This document shows positions 9,495 through 20,422 of a stretch of DNA of 64,000 bases, piece after piece. This DNA is from Candidatus Woesebacteria bacterium RIFCSPHIGHO2_02_FULL_42_20. Its GTDB lineage: Bacteria; Patescibacteriota; Microgenomatia; UBA8517. The stretch spans positions 64,692 through 128,691 of the forward strand of contig MGGS01000013.1 of assembly GCA_001792535.1 (NCBI GenBank), read 5' to 3'. How positions within the stretch are numbered: the stretch's first letter is position 1; every line of letters begins with the position of its first letter. A model generated the notes under the pieces. It did no database searches. It was not told the origin of the DNA and saw only the letters and a list, made by a program, of their open reading frames with translations. Made by a program: the position numbers and the translations under genes.

Positions 9495-9764
9495 TCACCT
9501 CCCTCCACGTAGCCTAACTAAGTATAGCATTAGTTCTAAGCACAAAATAAGGCTAGCGAGCAGCAATGATTTAAGTAGCTCCCTTTTATGGCTCACGGCT
9601 AATCGAGGAATTGCCGATGTTTTGACGTTATTAGGCTTACTCGGGCTGGTAATAGCTTTGGATTTGGTAGTTTGCTTTTCCCCCTTGACAGCAGGCTTCC
9701 ATCTGACCAGAAAGTCGTAATTAACTTCCTCTTTTTGTCTTCGTGTCCGTTTCGCCATCTTCAT
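9495..9764 (-). CDS. Hypothetical protein with C-terminal TM helix
   Basis: Basic N-terminus plus hydrophobic tail; co-oriented with DUF5679 gene. Confidence 0.6.
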   Translation of the reverse strand: MKMAKRTRRQKEEVNYDFLVRWKPAVKGEKQTTKSKAITSPSKPNNVKTSAIPRLAVSHKRELLKSLLLASLILCLELMLYLVRLRGGR

Positions 9765-9839
9765 GATCTAATCTCTCGATATAAAATACATTCTTGACAC
9801 TTATTTATCAAGATTGTGTATACTCCATAGCAAAGATAA

Positions 9840-10307
9840 GTGTCTGGACAAACAATAATATTAATAGCAATAGCGGTTTGGTTGCTGGCCCTGAGTGTGG
9901 TCTTTTATTGGATTTTGAGGCATTACCTAAGATTGGTGAAGGGGGCAAAAGAAGGTAATTTGAAGAAGATTCTGGATAATATAGTTGACTTGGAGACCAA
10001 AAACAGGAAAGATATATTAAGGCTTGAAAAAGAGCTTATTTCTTTTAGAGCGGCGAGCCAGGTTTTTGTACAAAAAGTGGGGCTTGTTAGATTTAACCCG
10101 TTAGGTGACTTTGGAGGCGAACACAGCTTTTCGCTGGCGATTTTAGACGGTAACGATAAGGGGTTTTTGGTGACAAGTATTCACGCAAGGGAGCGAACAA
10201 GGGTGTATGTTAAGCCTGTCAAAAATGGCAAAAGTAAGTATAAACTTTCCAAAGAGGAAGAAAAAGCTTTAAATGAGGCTCAAAAAAATGGTAATTATGA
10301 AGCTTAA
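9840..10307 (+). CDS. DUF4446 family protein
   Basis: QKVGLVRFNP..GGEHSFSLA, LSKEE motifs. Confidence 0.85.
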   Translation: MSGQTIILIAIAVWLLALSVVFYWILRHYLRLVKGAKEGNLKKILDNIVDLETKNRKDILRLEKELISFRAASQVFVQKVGLVRFNPLGDFGGEHSFSLAILDGNDKGFLVTSIHARERTRVYVKPVKNGKSKYKLSKEEEKALNEAQKNGNYEA

Positions 10308-11508
10308 AGAATTATTAGGATCGGGGAAGGCGACTTTGGTGTTGGGTCTGTTGGGGTTGTATTTGTTGTCGGCCGGGACCTCTTGGGCGGTTTTTAGTTT
10401 GCTTGGGGAAAGCCCTGCCGGCAATGTTTTTGTGGATGTGGGAGAGCTTGAGTCTACCCGGTCCCAAATTATGCAATTACCAAAAACGGAAAGTTGTCCG
10501 ATAAATGGGAAATTGTATACAAAGCCAGAAAAAGCGATTTGGGAAACCCGACGGCCAATTGCGGCGATGATCGAAAATCACGCTGACTCGCGCCCCGTAC
10601 AGGGATTGTCACGGGCCGATGTGGTTTATGAGGCAGTAGCCGAGGGAGGGATAACCAGGCTTTTGGGAGTTTTTTATTGTGGTGCGGCCGGCAGCGAGGT
10701 GGAAATCGCACCTGTTAGATCCGTTCGAGTATATTTTGTTGACTGGGCTTCAGAATACAGCGAATTCCCGATTTTTATGCATGTCGGAGGAGCCAATGAC
10801 TTCGGAGGCTTTGGTGACACGGCAAAAGAAGCTCGCGCATTGGAACTATTAGCTTCAATGGGCTGGAGAGTTCCGGGTGGAAACGACTTTGATACAATCT
10901 ATGATTCTGGCTTCCCGGTTTTTTACAGAAATCCGGATAGGCTGGGGCACCCAATTGCTACGGAGCACACAATGGTTGCAAATCTAGACAGAGCGTACGA
11001 TGAAGCAGTTGACCGTGGATTCGCAAATAAAGACACCAGAGGTGATAGCTGGGATAAAGTCTTTATTCCTTGGAAGTTTTTTGAAGACAAACCGCTTTCC
11101 AGCCCGAAAGTGAGTGAAGTTTCATTTGAGTTTTGGTCGGATAGTCCGGATTACGACGTTAAATGGGTTTATGACAGTCAATCAAATAGCTATAAACGCT
11201 TTAATGGTGACAAATCGTATGTTGATCTGGAGTTTGATAATGTGCAGTTGACAAGTAAGAATGTCGTTGTGATGAGCGTAGTTGAACGCGGCCCCGTTGA
11301 CAGGAATAAGCACATATTATATACAACAGTTGGTAAAGGAAGCGCTTTGATCTACCAAAATGGCGACGAAATAAAGGCCACGTGGGAAAAGAAAAGCAGG
11401 ACCGACAGAACCAGGTTTTATGACTCGGCCGGGAAAGAAGTGAGCTTTGTAAATGGCGAGATTTGGATTGAAGTGGTTCCTAAAGGAAATAAAATAAACA
11501 CAAAATAA
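10297..11508 (+). CDS. DUF3048 domain secreted protein
   Basis: RPIAAMIEN, GLSRADVVYE..EGGITR, PVRS motifs. Confidence 0.85.
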   Translation: MKLKELLGSGKATLVLGLLGLYLLSAGTSWAVFSLLGESPAGNVFVDVGELESTRSQIMQLPKTESCPINGKLYTKPEKAIWETRRPIAAMIENHADSRPVQGLSRADVVYEAVAEGGITRLLGVFYCGAAGSEVEIAPVRSVRVYFVDWASEYSEFPIFMHVGGANDFGGFGDTAKEARALELLASMGWRVPGGNDFDTIYDSGFPVFYRNPDRLGHPIATEHTMVANLDRAYDEAVDRGFANKDTRGDSWDKVFIPWKFFEDKPLSSPKVSEVSFEFWSDSPDYDVKWVYDSQSNSYKRFNGDKSYVDLEFDNVQLTSKNVVVMSVVERGPVDRNKHILYTTVGKGSALIYQNGDEIKATWEKKSRTDRTRFYDSAGKEVSFVNGEIWIEVVPKGNKINTK

Positions 11509-11545
11509 GTGGTATAATCAGTTGTGACTGCCTCATGGGAAGAAA

Positions 11546-12130
11546 ATGGCCGATCTTTCAGACATAATAACTTCAAAAGTTAGAATAAAAGTATTGAGGC
11601 TTTTTTTTGCAAACCCGACGGAGATGTACCATGTACGGGGAGTCGTGCGTGAGGTCGGTGAGGAAATAAACGCCGTACGGCGCGAGCTGGAAAGATTAGA
11701 GAAAGCGGGAATCCTCAAAAAAGAAGCCAGGGGAAATAGAATTTACTATTGGGTGCGCATCGACTATTCGATGTTTGGTGACCTTGTTTCGATGGTTGCA
11801 AAGTCCACTGGTCTTGGATTTCAGATTCTTTCCAATAAGTCTAAATTGGGTAAAATTGCCTTTGCAATGTTTTCTGGTAGGTTTGTAAGGTACAAGAAAA
11901 GAAAAAGAGACGAAGATGTGGATATTTTAATTGTAGGCGAGGTTACAATGCCTGAACTGGCCGCCGTTATCCGGGCTGAGGAGGCCAGGAGGAATGTGGA
12001 AATAAACTATACAGTTATGAGCAAGGAAGAATTTGAGTTTAGAAAAAAAAGAAGAGACCCTTTTGTTCAAAGTATATTGCTGGGTAGTCGTGTAATGTTA
12101 ATTGGTGACGAAGAAGACCTTGTTTCGTAA
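11546..12130 (+). CDS. Winged-HTH regulator fused to nucleotidyltransferase-like domain
   Basis: INAVRRELERL HTH and DVDILIVG motif. Confidence 0.75.
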   Translation: MADLSDIITSKVRIKVLRLFFANPTEMYHVRGVVREVGEEINAVRRELERLEKAGILKKEARGNRIYYWVRIDYSMFGDLVSMVAKSTGLGFQILSNKSKLGKIAFAMFSGRFVRYKKRKRDEDVDILIVGEVTMPELAAVIRAEEARRNVEINYTVMSKEEFEFRKKRRDPFVQSILLGSRVMLIGDEEDLVS

Positions 12131-12150
12131 AAACCGATTCCCCTTTTACC

Positions 12151-13407
12151 ATGAAGAAGATATTGTTTATTATGTTTCTGACTGTTTTGGGGCTCGTGGT
12201 CGATTTGCCGATCCAGCCAGGGATTAATTTCAAACTTGGGAGCTTTGCTGTCCAGAGAAAGTTGGATTTGGTCTTAGGCTTGGACCTTGCAGGTGGGAGC
12301 CATTTAGTTTTTGAAGCTCAGGCCGGGAATTTGGACCCGGAGAAAAAAAAGTTGGCACTTGATGGGCTCAAAAATATTGTTGAGCGGAGAGTCAACTTAT
12401 TTGGGGTCTCTGAGCCCAATGTTTTGCTTTCTTCTTTTGAAGGTAATGATCGGCTTATTGTAGAGTTGCCGGGTGTCAAAGACACCAAAGAAGCAATAAA
12501 CATAATCGGTAAAACTGCAAAGCTCGAGTTTGCCACGTTTCAAGGTGAAGGTGAAGATTTTCAGATTGTACCTACCGACTTGTCGGGGGCAGATCTTACC
12601 GACGCCAGAGTTAGTTTTGACCAGACTTCCGGTCGGCCCGTAGTCTCAATTCAATTTAATAGCGAAGGCGCCGAGAAGTTTTCGAGAATAACCGAAGAAA
12701 ATATTGGGCAACCATTAAGTATTTTACTGGATGGCGAGATAATTTCTTCCCCGATAGTTCAAGAAACGATAACCGGCGGGGCGGCACAAATATCGGGAGA
12801 TTTTACGTTGGATGAAGCCCGAAACTTTGCCATCCAACTGTCAAGCGGGGCCCTCCCTGTTTCAATTAGTGTTGTGGAAGAGCGGACAATTGGGCCGACT
12901 TTAGGTGAGGAATCGGTTCAAAGAAGTGTTGAAGCCGGGCTTATTGGCCTTGCAATGGTATTGCTTTTTATGATAGCCAGCTATGGAAGGATGGGAATTG
13001 TGGCAAGTTTCGGGTTAATTATTTTTGGGATACTTTCACTCGCGCTTTATAAGCTGATACCCGTGGTAATCACGCTTCCCGGGATTGCAGGGTTTTTGCT
13101 TTCTGTCGGAATGGCTGTCGACTCCAACATCTTAATTTTTGAGAGGTTTAAAGAGGAGAAAATAAAAAGGAACACCAGAGACGCTTTGGAGGAATCTTTT
13201 GGGAGGGCGTGGGATTCCATAAGAGACGCCAATATCGCAACATTGATCACTGCTTTTATTTTGGCAAACCCCTTTGATTGGAGTTTTTTGCACACATCAG
13301 GGCCGGTTAGAGGATTTGCGATAACTTTGGCGCTTGGTATTGCAATAAGTTTATTTACCGGCGTTTTTGTCTCAAGAAATCTTTTAAGGTTGTTTATCCG
13401 GAGATGA
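12151..13407 (+). CDS. secD: Protein translocase subunit SecD
   Basis: LGLDLAGG, GVSEP, GMAVDSNILIFER motifs. Confidence 0.95.
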   Translation: MKKILFIMFLTVLGLVVDLPIQPGINFKLGSFAVQRKLDLVLGLDLAGGSHLVFEAQAGNLDPEKKKLALDGLKNIVERRVNLFGVSEPNVLLSSFEGNDRLIVELPGVKDTKEAINIIGKTAKLEFATFQGEGEDFQIVPTDLSGADLTDARVSFDQTSGRPVVSIQFNSEGAEKFSRITEENIGQPLSILLDGEIISSPIVQETITGGAAQISGDFTLDEARNFAIQLSSGALPVSISVVEERTIGPTLGEESVQRSVEAGLIGLAMVLLFMIASYGRMGIVASFGLIIFGILSLALYKLIPVVITLPGIAGFLLSVGMAVDSNILIFERFKEEKIKRNTRDALEESFGRAWDSIRDANIATLITAFILANPFDWSFLHTSGPVRGFAITLALGIAISLFTGVFVSRNLLRLFIRR

Positions 13408-13410
13408 GAT

Positions 13411-14286
13411 ATGAACTGGATGAAATATAAATATTTTTATTTTTTGGTTTCCGCTCTCTTTGTCGGTTTGGGAATATATTCGCTTGTCCGGTGGAATCTC
13501 AATTTCGGTATAGATTTTACCGGAGGGGCGCTTATTGAGTATAGATTTGCCAATGAAATATCAACTGAAACTGCTTTGGGTAAAATTGAAGAAACCGGCA
13601 TCAAAATATCGACGGTCCAGGAGACGAGTGATAGAAGCTATTTATTTAAATCGGGGAACTTGCAGAGTGGGGACCGTGAAAAAATTAAAGACGCGTTGGT
13701 CAAGGAATTCGGTGACGGAATCGACGAGATTAAATACGAAAATGTCGGCCCTTCCATAGGCAGCGATTTGCTTAAAAAAACTGCTTATGCGATTGGCATT
13801 GCATCGGTAGGCATTTTACTCTGGGTAGCGTTTCAGTTTAAAAGTGTCAAATACGGTGTCTGTGCGGTTTTAGCTATGTTTCATGACAGTTTTATATTAA
13901 TTGGCATGTTTTCACTGTTGGGGCATAGATTTGGTGCAGAAGTTGATTTTTTGTTTGTTACGGCGCTACTTACGACTCTGTCTTTTTCGGTCCATGACAC
14001 AATAGTGGTTTATGACCGTATACGCGAATCGCAACGCAAAATTGGAGGAAGTATAACAGAAGTTTCAAATGTAGCATTGTCGGAAACAATGGTGCGTTCT
14101 TTGAATAACTCGTTTACTATAATATTTATGTTGGTTGCATTGATACTGCTTGGCGGAGTCACTATCCGCTGGTTTGCCGTCGCGCTTTTGATCGGCACAA
14201 TCTCGGGTACCTACTCTTCCCCTTTCGTCGCAGTCCCTCTGCTTGTCGTCTGGGACCAAGTTGCTTCGAAGTTAAGAAGGCGATGA
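13411..14286 (+). CDS. secF: Protein translocase subunit SecF
   Basis: GIDFTGG, SVHDTIVVYDRIRE, GTYSS motifs. Confidence 0.95.
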   Translation: MNWMKYKYFYFLVSALFVGLGIYSLVRWNLNFGIDFTGGALIEYRFANEISTETALGKIEETGIKISTVQETSDRSYLFKSGNLQSGDREKIKDALVKEFGDGIDEIKYENVGPSIGSDLLKKTAYAIGIASVGILLWVAFQFKSVKYGVCAVLAMFHDSFILIGMFSLLGHRFGAEVDFLFVTALLTTLSFSVHDTIVVYDRIRESQRKIGGSITEVSNVALSETMVRSLNNSFTIIFMLVALILLGGVTIRWFAVALLIGTISGTYSSPFVAVPLLVVWDQVASKLRRR

Positions 14287-15615
14287 CTTGAGTTTTTTAA
14301 GTAAAACTTCTCTTTTATTTTCCAATTTTTTCTCAACTACATCTTCAAAAAGTTTGTTCAAAATTTCACCGACTTTCGGCCCGGGTTTTAGATTTAATTC
14401 TTTCATCACGTCGTTGCCGTCAATTTTAAGATCTCGGATACTAAAGGGCTGTTTTTGAACTTCAATTAATCTTCTTTTAAATTCCTCAAGTCTCCACGAA
14501 GTTTCTCTTGCCCCCCCGCCCAGTCTGTCGGCAACGCGCAGGGCCAGTATGTCAGGAATGTTTTCTACACCTACATTTTTAATAAATCTCCGGAGTGCTG
14601 CGTCTGTTTGATGCTCGTTAACCGAAAACATATGCCAGCGGACAAGTCGAAGCAACTTTTCTTTATCGATATTTGCAAGCCGGAGTTTGTCGGCGATTTT
14701 TGAAGCAATTTTTGTGCTTACCATTTCATGGTTATAAAAGGTGATTGTCCCGTCTGGAAGCTTTTTGTGGGTTTTGGCTTTACCAATGTCGTGAAGCAAG
14801 GTTGCAAAACGAGTGATCGGATCGGCCGATTGGCAGTTTTTTAAAGCCATTACAAGGTGGGTTCCCACGTCATAGAGATGATGTCTGCCGGGGGACTTTT
14901 GCTCCACGCCAAAATTTTCTTCAAATTCGGGCAACACTTCATGCATAAGGGAGGAGTTCTTTAAAATCATAACACCTTCATAGGAGTAACTTGCAGAAAG
15001 TGTTTTCAAAAGTTCATCACGGATTCGCTCAGCGGCAATTTGATTAATTAAACCGGAGTGAAGCTTCATTGCTTCGAAAGTATTTTCTTCAATGGTAAAC
15101 CCAAGTTGTGCAGCAAATCTCACTGCGCGCATCATACGAAGAGCGTCTTCGCTAAACCTTTCAGTGGGGTCTCCGACCGCGCGGATGACCCTGTTTTTTA
15201 TATCGTTTTGGCCACCGAAAAGGTCGATGATTTCATAGTTATCGTTTAACTTTAATGCCAGAGCATTGATTGTAAAATCCCGCCTTTGAAGATCTTCCTC
15301 TAAAGTTTTTCCCCAAAATACTTTATCGGGCCGCCGGTGATCACTGTATCCATGCTCTGTTCTGTATGTTGTTATCTCGTGAGGTTTAAAGTTTTCGCTT
15401 TTGATGCCGACTGTCCCGTATTTGTTGTCGTAAAAGGAGTCTTTAAATAGTTTTTGAATGTCCTCGGGCTTGGCGTTAGTTGTAAAATCCCAATCGTTTG
15501 ATAGTTTTCCCATAAGCAGGTCTCTTACAGCGCCGCCAACGATATAAACTTCAAATCCTTTACTTTCGATTTTTTTGCAAATTTCGACTACTTCTTCTGG
15601 TAACTTTGTTTCCAT
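14272..15615 (-). CDS. CCA tRNA nucleotidyltransferase / poly(A) polymerase family with HD domain
   Basis: VGGAVRD, DWDFTT, RRDFTINAL, EDALRMMRAVRF, LLHDIGK. Confidence 0.9.
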   Translation of the reverse strand: METKLPEEVVEICKKIESKGFEVYIVGGAVRDLLMGKLSNDWDFTTNAKPEDIQKLFKDSFYDNKYGTVGIKSENFKPHEITTYRTEHGYSDHRRPDKVFWGKTLEEDLQRRDFTINALALKLNDNYEIIDLFGGQNDIKNRVIRAVGDPTERFSEDALRMMRAVRFAAQLGFTIEENTFEAMKLHSGLINQIAAERIRDELLKTLSASYSYEGVMILKNSSLMHEVLPEFEENFGVEQKSPGRHHLYDVGTHLVMALKNCQSADPITRFATLLHDIGKAKTHKKLPDGTITFYNHEMVSTKIASKIADKLRLANIDKEKLLRLVRWHMFSVNEHQTDAALRRFIKNVGVENIPDILALRVADRLGGGARETSWRLEEFKRRLIEVQKQPFSIRDLKIDGNDVMKELNLKPGPKVGEILNKLFEDVVEKKLENKREVLLKKLKSSPS

Positions 15616-15633
15616 TAAGTTAAATTATACGAT

Positions 15634-17304
15634 ATGAAGGCTATTAAGTGGAAGGTTTTGGGAAAACTCCAAAACTCCAAAACTCCAAGCAACAAAAAAG
15701 AGGAGATTGTAAATATTCTTTTGGAAAATCGAGGTATTAAGAAGAGACAAGAGCGAGAGGAATTTTTAAACCCAATACACCCCCGTGATTTGACTTTAGA
15801 AGAATTAAAAGTAGATAAGACTCAGGTTGAAAAAACAATCCGGAGAATTAAGGCGGCAATTGTAAATAAAGAAAAAATCATTGTTTACGGCGACTACGAC
15901 GCGGATGGAGTTTCGGGAACAGCTATTCTCTGGGAAGCGTTATGGGGATTAAAAGCAGATGTATTACCTTACATTCCGGAAAGGTTTTCGGAGGGCTATG
16001 GCCTTAATGCAGAGAGTGTAAAAAATTTGAAATCAAAATATAAAAATTTAAAGTTAATTATTACGGTCGATAACGGAATAGTTGCAAGAGACGCTGTTAA
16101 AAAAGCAAAGGACATCGGAATCAATGTAATCATTACAGATCATCACGAAAAAGGCGAGAAATATCCCGAAGACGCATTTGCGGTGATTCATACAAAGGAA
16201 ATTGGCGGTGCGGGAATAGCCTGGATTTTATCGCGGGAGATAAATAAAGATTTCGCTCTAGGCCAACTTGACCTGGCGGCTATGGGGACGATAGCAGACC
16301 AACTACCGTTAATTGGGCCAAATAGAAGTTTCGCTAAATACGGTATCCTCGCTTTGCGAGAAACAAAAAGACCGGGATTAAGAGAAATTTATAATCTTGC
16401 TTCAATTGATCCTAAATCCATTGATACATATCATGTTAATTTTATGATTGCTCCGCGAATTAACGCTATGGGCAGACTTGCACATGCCATTGAATCACTC
16501 AGACTTCTGTGTACAAAAAGCCCCACAAAGGCTCTTGAACTATCTACCTTGCTCGAGAAAACCAACAGAGACAGACAAAACTTAGTTGAGGAGACGGTCG
16601 TGCACGCGAAAGAGAAAGCCTTAAAAACCAATGAGAAAATAATAATTTTACATAGTGATAATTACCACGAAGGAATTATTGGTCTGGCTGCAAGCCGTCT
16701 TGTTGAAGAGTTTTATCGTCCGTCTATAGTTTTATCTATTAAAGGCGATATTGCAAAAGCCTCGGCCAGATCTGTTAGTGGTTTTAACATAATTAAAGCA
16801 ATTAGGTTGGTGAATGAATATTTGATCGATGGCGGCGGCCACGAAATGGCCGCCGGATTTTCAATAGAGACCAAAAATATTGAAATTTTTGCAAAACAAC
16901 TGATTCGTAAATCAAGAACTCTGTTGACGGAAAGTCTGCTGCAAAAAAGGCTCAAAATAGATGTGGAACTGGAACTGTCTGATGTAAGTTTTGATTTAAT
17001 TGATAAAATCAAACAACTTGAGCCGTTCGGAATCGGCAACCCTGCCCCTGTTTTCATGACGAGTAATGTACAGGTAACCGATGCGAGACTCGTCGGCCGT
17101 GAAGGTAAACATTTGAAAATAAAAGTTGTCAAAGGCAATATTGCTCTTGACGCGATTGCTTTTGGCAGGGGGGATATGTATTCGCAACTTGGTAAAGGCT
17201 CGGAGATCGATATTGCTTACAGCATCGAAGAGAATGAGTGGAATGGGACAAAGTCAATTCAACTAAAGGTCAGGGATATCAGATTTTTGAAAAGAGATAA
17301 GTAA
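15634..17304 (+). CDS. recJ: ssDNA exonuclease RecJ
   Basis: GDYDADG, TDHH, PRINAMGR, GGGHEMAAG motifs. Confidence 0.95.
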   Translation: MKAIKWKVLGKLQNSKTPSNKKEEIVNILLENRGIKKRQEREEFLNPIHPRDLTLEELKVDKTQVEKTIRRIKAAIVNKEKIIVYGDYDADGVSGTAILWEALWGLKADVLPYIPERFSEGYGLNAESVKNLKSKYKNLKLIITVDNGIVARDAVKKAKDIGINVIITDHHEKGEKYPEDAFAVIHTKEIGGAGIAWILSREINKDFALGQLDLAAMGTIADQLPLIGPNRSFAKYGILALRETKRPGLREIYNLASIDPKSIDTYHVNFMIAPRINAMGRLAHAIESLRLLCTKSPTKALELSTLLEKTNRDRQNLVEETVVHAKEKALKTNEKIIILHSDNYHEGIIGLAASRLVEEFYRPSIVLSIKGDIAKASARSVSGFNIIKAIRLVNEYLIDGGGHEMAAGFSIETKNIEIFAKQLIRKSRTLLTESLLQKRLKIDVELELSDVSFDLIDKIKQLEPFGIGNPAPVFMTSNVQVTDARLVGREGKHLKIKVVKGNIALDAIAFGRGDMYSQLGKGSEIDIAYSIEENEWNGTKSIQLKVRDIRFLKRDK

Positions 17305-17496
17305 TTTTCTGGGTTTAGGATTTCCTGTGTATGTCAAAAGTGTGAAATAATATCTTGTCTTTTTGTATCGAGCTATTTCTCGTGGGCCTAATCGATCTTT
17401 TCTCATGTATCGCAAAATTTTATCTTGGTATTGCTTACCTCGATAGTTTGACTGTTTTTCACTAATGCGAACTAGATTATATCAAAGATAAAGTAT

Positions 17497-17531
17497 AGCC
17501 CCTATAGTATTGCGCTAGGGGATTTAGATGG
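17497..17531 (+). repeat. Left copy of 35-bp direct repeat flanking the AT-rich island
   Basis: AGCCCCTATAGTATTGCGCTAGGGGATTTAGATGG; 30/35 identical to 23081-23115. Confidence 0.8.
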
Positions 17532-17545
17532 AAACTTTGTGCATT

Positions 17546-18601
17546 TTAAGGGGTACCTGTTCTTACCAATTGTCTTGCGAATAATTCTGTACCAAAACCA
17601 GATACGACCGTTGTTTCCTTCAGGTTAGAGGAAAGCCTTGCAACCCAATCTACTACGCCACCGTCAATAAAATCAACATCACCAACAAAGATTGTAAAAA
17701 CTTGTCCACTGTAATGTCCCCTTCCATACAATCTATCTAGTTGAAATGTATAAGTGACGTTTGGCTTGGGTGGTAAGCTTGTTAATACTCTTTCTATGGT
17801 TAAAAGTTCACCACCTATGTTTAACCCACCTGCTTGCTTTTGTGTTTCTGGCAAATTTATTATTTTCTGAGGTAATCTGCCTTGTAGGTTGTCAGCAAAT
17901 GATTCCGTCAAAAACTTGCCCTGTGTTTCCAGTTCGGCCGAACTTAAACTTGAAGAACTTTCTGGTAGTATTTTATTTGCTATTCCAACATTACCAACAC
18001 AAACCTCTAAATTTGATCCTGGTGAAATTTCACCAATAGCATTCAAGTAATAATCTATAAGATTTCTTAGAATTGAGATTTCTGGCGATCTATTATTGGT
18101 GTGTCTTAAAATCGAATCTGCTGTACCGAACATTTCAAAAGAAGTGAGATAATTTTTATCAGTATAACGTTGCAACCTCACACATTTATGAACTGCTCCA
18201 AGTTTAATTCCATTCTTGTTACCTTGTGATCTTCTTCTGTACACTTCCGTAGCTAATTGAGTGGTAGGGTCTGCAACTACATCTGCAGTTCTACCCGTAA
18301 CATGCGCCACTTTTAATGGTGATGTTCTTGCCAAAATCGAGTCCAACCCGAAAGGACTAAGAGCAGATAGATAAATCATTTCTCTGCCCCCCCGTTTCTC
18401 AAAGAGGATATTACCAATATTATGTAACACAAGTGCAGCTTCTCCGCTCAATGGTTGTCCGAAATCCCCATGGATTAGCCTTCTAATCGCCTGCAAATCA
18501 ATCTCTGCTTTACTAATTTTTCTGTGAAGTGCAGCTCTATAATCGGTATCGATTTTATCATTATTTAGATCTACACCTGCGACTCTATTTTCAATAGTCA
18601 T
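17546..18601 (-). CDS. Class II aaRS-like (HisRS/HisZ-like fold) protein of unknown function
   Basis: Motif-2-like CVRLQRY..SFEMF, GRGHYSG, DGG and motif-3-like SGFGTELF; no anticodon-binding domain. Confidence 0.55.
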   Translation of the reverse strand: MTIENRVAGVDLNNDKIDTDYRAALHRKISKAEIDLQAIRRLIHGDFGQPLSGEAALVLHNIGNILFEKRGGREMIYLSALSPFGLDSILARTSPLKVAHVTGRTADVVADPTTQLATEVYRRRSQGNKNGIKLGAVHKCVRLQRYTDKNYLTSFEMFGTADSILRHTNNRSPEISILRNLIDYYLNAIGEISPGSNLEVCVGNVGIANKILPESSSSLSSAELETQGKFLTESFADNLQGRLPQKIINLPETQKQAGGLNIGGELLTIERVLTSLPPKPNVTYTFQLDRLYGRGHYSGQVFTIFVGDVDFIDGGVVDWVARLSSNLKETTVVSGFGTELFARQLVRTGTP

Positions 18602-18604
18602 AAA

Positions 18605-19414
18605 TTAATTTAACTTCTTGGCTACTAAAATACACTGTTCTGAATCTATGTTTAAAGGTTCACCTTTGTAGCTTCCAAATGCCCTCAGAAAATGTAAACC
18701 TACACTTTCACACATCCTAATCAACTCTGAAAGTGTGTAGAATCTTATAACCATGTCAGTTCTCCGGACTTCACCATTAGGTTTTATTTTTGTGCGAGTT
18801 TCATGGTTGCGTGAAGTTAAAAAGTCGAATTTACGTTCAATTAGTACTTTTGTTCCGTCAGAATAGCTAACCCAATCTCGGGCTTGGTATATTCTCATAA
18901 TCCTTTCCCTATTAAAAAAATCCAACAAAAACCCCCCTCCATTTTTAAGTGACGTAGCTGCATTTTGAAGCACTCTTAAGTCGTCCTTCTCATCTTTAAA
19001 ATAACCAAAAGATGTAAACATGCTTATTACCACATCAAACCTGTTTTTGAAAGATACTCTACGCATATCAATTTTTATTAACTTAACCTTAAGTTTTAAC
19101 TTTATGGCATCGGATTTAGCCTTATTCAAATACCTCTTATTAATATCAATGCCTGTCAAAATATAACCTCTTTTAGCCAGCTCTAGCGTATGTCGACCAC
19201 TACCACAGGCTAAGTCAAGAATTTTATCGCCTCTTTTAAGGGTTAAGGCTTTTTCTAAAAAGTCAGCTTCTTTTTTTGTTCTATCTAAAGATATATATTC
19301 TGAAAATTCTTTAAAATAATCTTCGTTAAAGAATGGGTTAGTTTCTTCGTACCAATTATCATCATCTTTTCCCCGAAAATTATTATTACTATCTCTTCCT
19401 AATAATTTAGTCAT
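18605..19414 (-). CDS. Class I SAM-dependent methyltransferase
   Basis: ILDLACGSGRH, FTSFGYF motifs. Confidence 0.9.
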   Translation of the reverse strand: MTKLLGRDSNNNFRGKDDDNWYEETNPFFNEDYFKEFSEYISLDRTKKEADFLEKALTLKRGDKILDLACGSGRHTLELAKRGYILTGIDINKRYLNKAKSDAIKLKLKVKLIKIDMRRVSFKNRFDVVISMFTSFGYFKDEKDDLRVLQNAATSLKNGGGFLLDFFNRERIMRIYQARDWVSYSDGTKVLIERKFDFLTSRNHETRTKIKPNGEVRRTDMVIRFYTLSELIRMCESVGLHFLRAFGSYKGEPLNIDSEQCILVAKKLN

Positions 19415-19417
19415 TAT

Positions 19418-20416
19418 TCAAATTACTGATCTGGAAATTTGTATTTTTCTTGTCTTAGTATCAATTAAACAGCTTGTTCCAATCGGAATAGTTGCTATCG
19501 GGTCAGTATGGCCAAAACTGACATCATATAGAACTGGTATATTTAGGCCTTTTAATATATCTTCTAAAACATCTTCTAATCTATCTGCTTTATTAAACCC
19601 AGAATTAGTTGCAAATTTGCCAAATACAATGCCCTTTATTTTACTAAATACACCTTGCTGTCTTAACCCTGTTAGATAATGATGTAACTGAGCAGTGTTT
19701 GTTTCCTCGCTTCCCTCCAAAAATAAAATGCGCCCTATAAAAGATGGACAATATGGAGTATCAATAACCGAACCTAAAGTCTCTATATTCGCCGCTACAA
19801 TTTTACCGCGTGCAGAACCCACTCTAAATACTCTTACACCATCGTTCTTTTTTATCTTTCTGTGTTCGTCGTCTTTCCTTAGATAAAAGGCATCATCCGC
19901 ATAATATTTTGGTGTTCCGATAACAGTTTTTTTCTTAGGCTTAACGCAAGTATCGGAAAAAGAACTCCATGTATATTCAAAGAAATCGGGTTTAGCAAAA
20001 GATATTACAGAAGGCCCCATAAAAGTTATCAGACCTGTTTTTTTATAAATCCCCAGTAGGAGAGAAGTTGTATCGGAAAATCCTATAAAAATTTTAGGAT
20101 TTCTTTTTATTAAATCATAATTTATATATTCCAACAATTGATTAGAGTTATATCCTCCCCAAAATGTCATTATGCAACTTATTTCTTTGTTCTCAAAAAA
20201 TTCGTGAATTGCGCGAACTCTATCTTCAATGGTTCCTGCTGAGTGCCCGTAAATTTTCCTACATTGAGGATGTTCTACAACCTTCAAGCCATGGTTTTTC
20301 AATATTCTATAACCCTTTTGTATTACCTCTTCTTTACATTCTGTTATTGGTATGGAAAGTGCAATAACACCAATCGTTTCACCATTATTTATTCGAGGAG
20401 GTTTTATTATCTTCAT
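19418..20416 (-). CDS. S66 peptidase (LD-carboxypeptidase / MccF-like)
   Basis: GDTIG-like start, GGYNS, GFSDTT (Ser), FLEG (Glu), FGHTDP (His). Confidence 0.9.
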   Translation of the reverse strand: MKIIKPPRINNGETIGVIALSIPITECKEEVIQKGYRILKNHGLKVVEHPQCRKIYGHSAGTIEDRVRAIHEFFENKEISCIMTFWGGYNSNQLLEYINYDLIKRNPKIFIGFSDTTSLLLGIYKKTGLITFMGPSVISFAKPDFFEYTWSSFSDTCVKPKKKTVIGTPKYYADDAFYLRKDDEHRKIKKNDGVRVFRVGSARGKIVAANIETLGSVIDTPYCPSFIGRILFLEGSEETNTAQLHHYLTGLRQQGVFSKIKGIVFGKFATNSGFNKADRLEDVLEDILKGLNIPVLYDVSFGHTDPIATIPIGTSCLIDTKTRKIQISRSVI

Positions 20417-20422
20417 AAGTAA

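Noticed and set aside
9370-9720. 116-aa + strand ORF
   Set aside because: It is the antisense shadow of the DUF5679 gene and its upstream neighbour.
17270-17475. Open frame on the minus strand after recJ
   Set aside because: No convincing start or recognisable motif, and it overlaps the recJ end.
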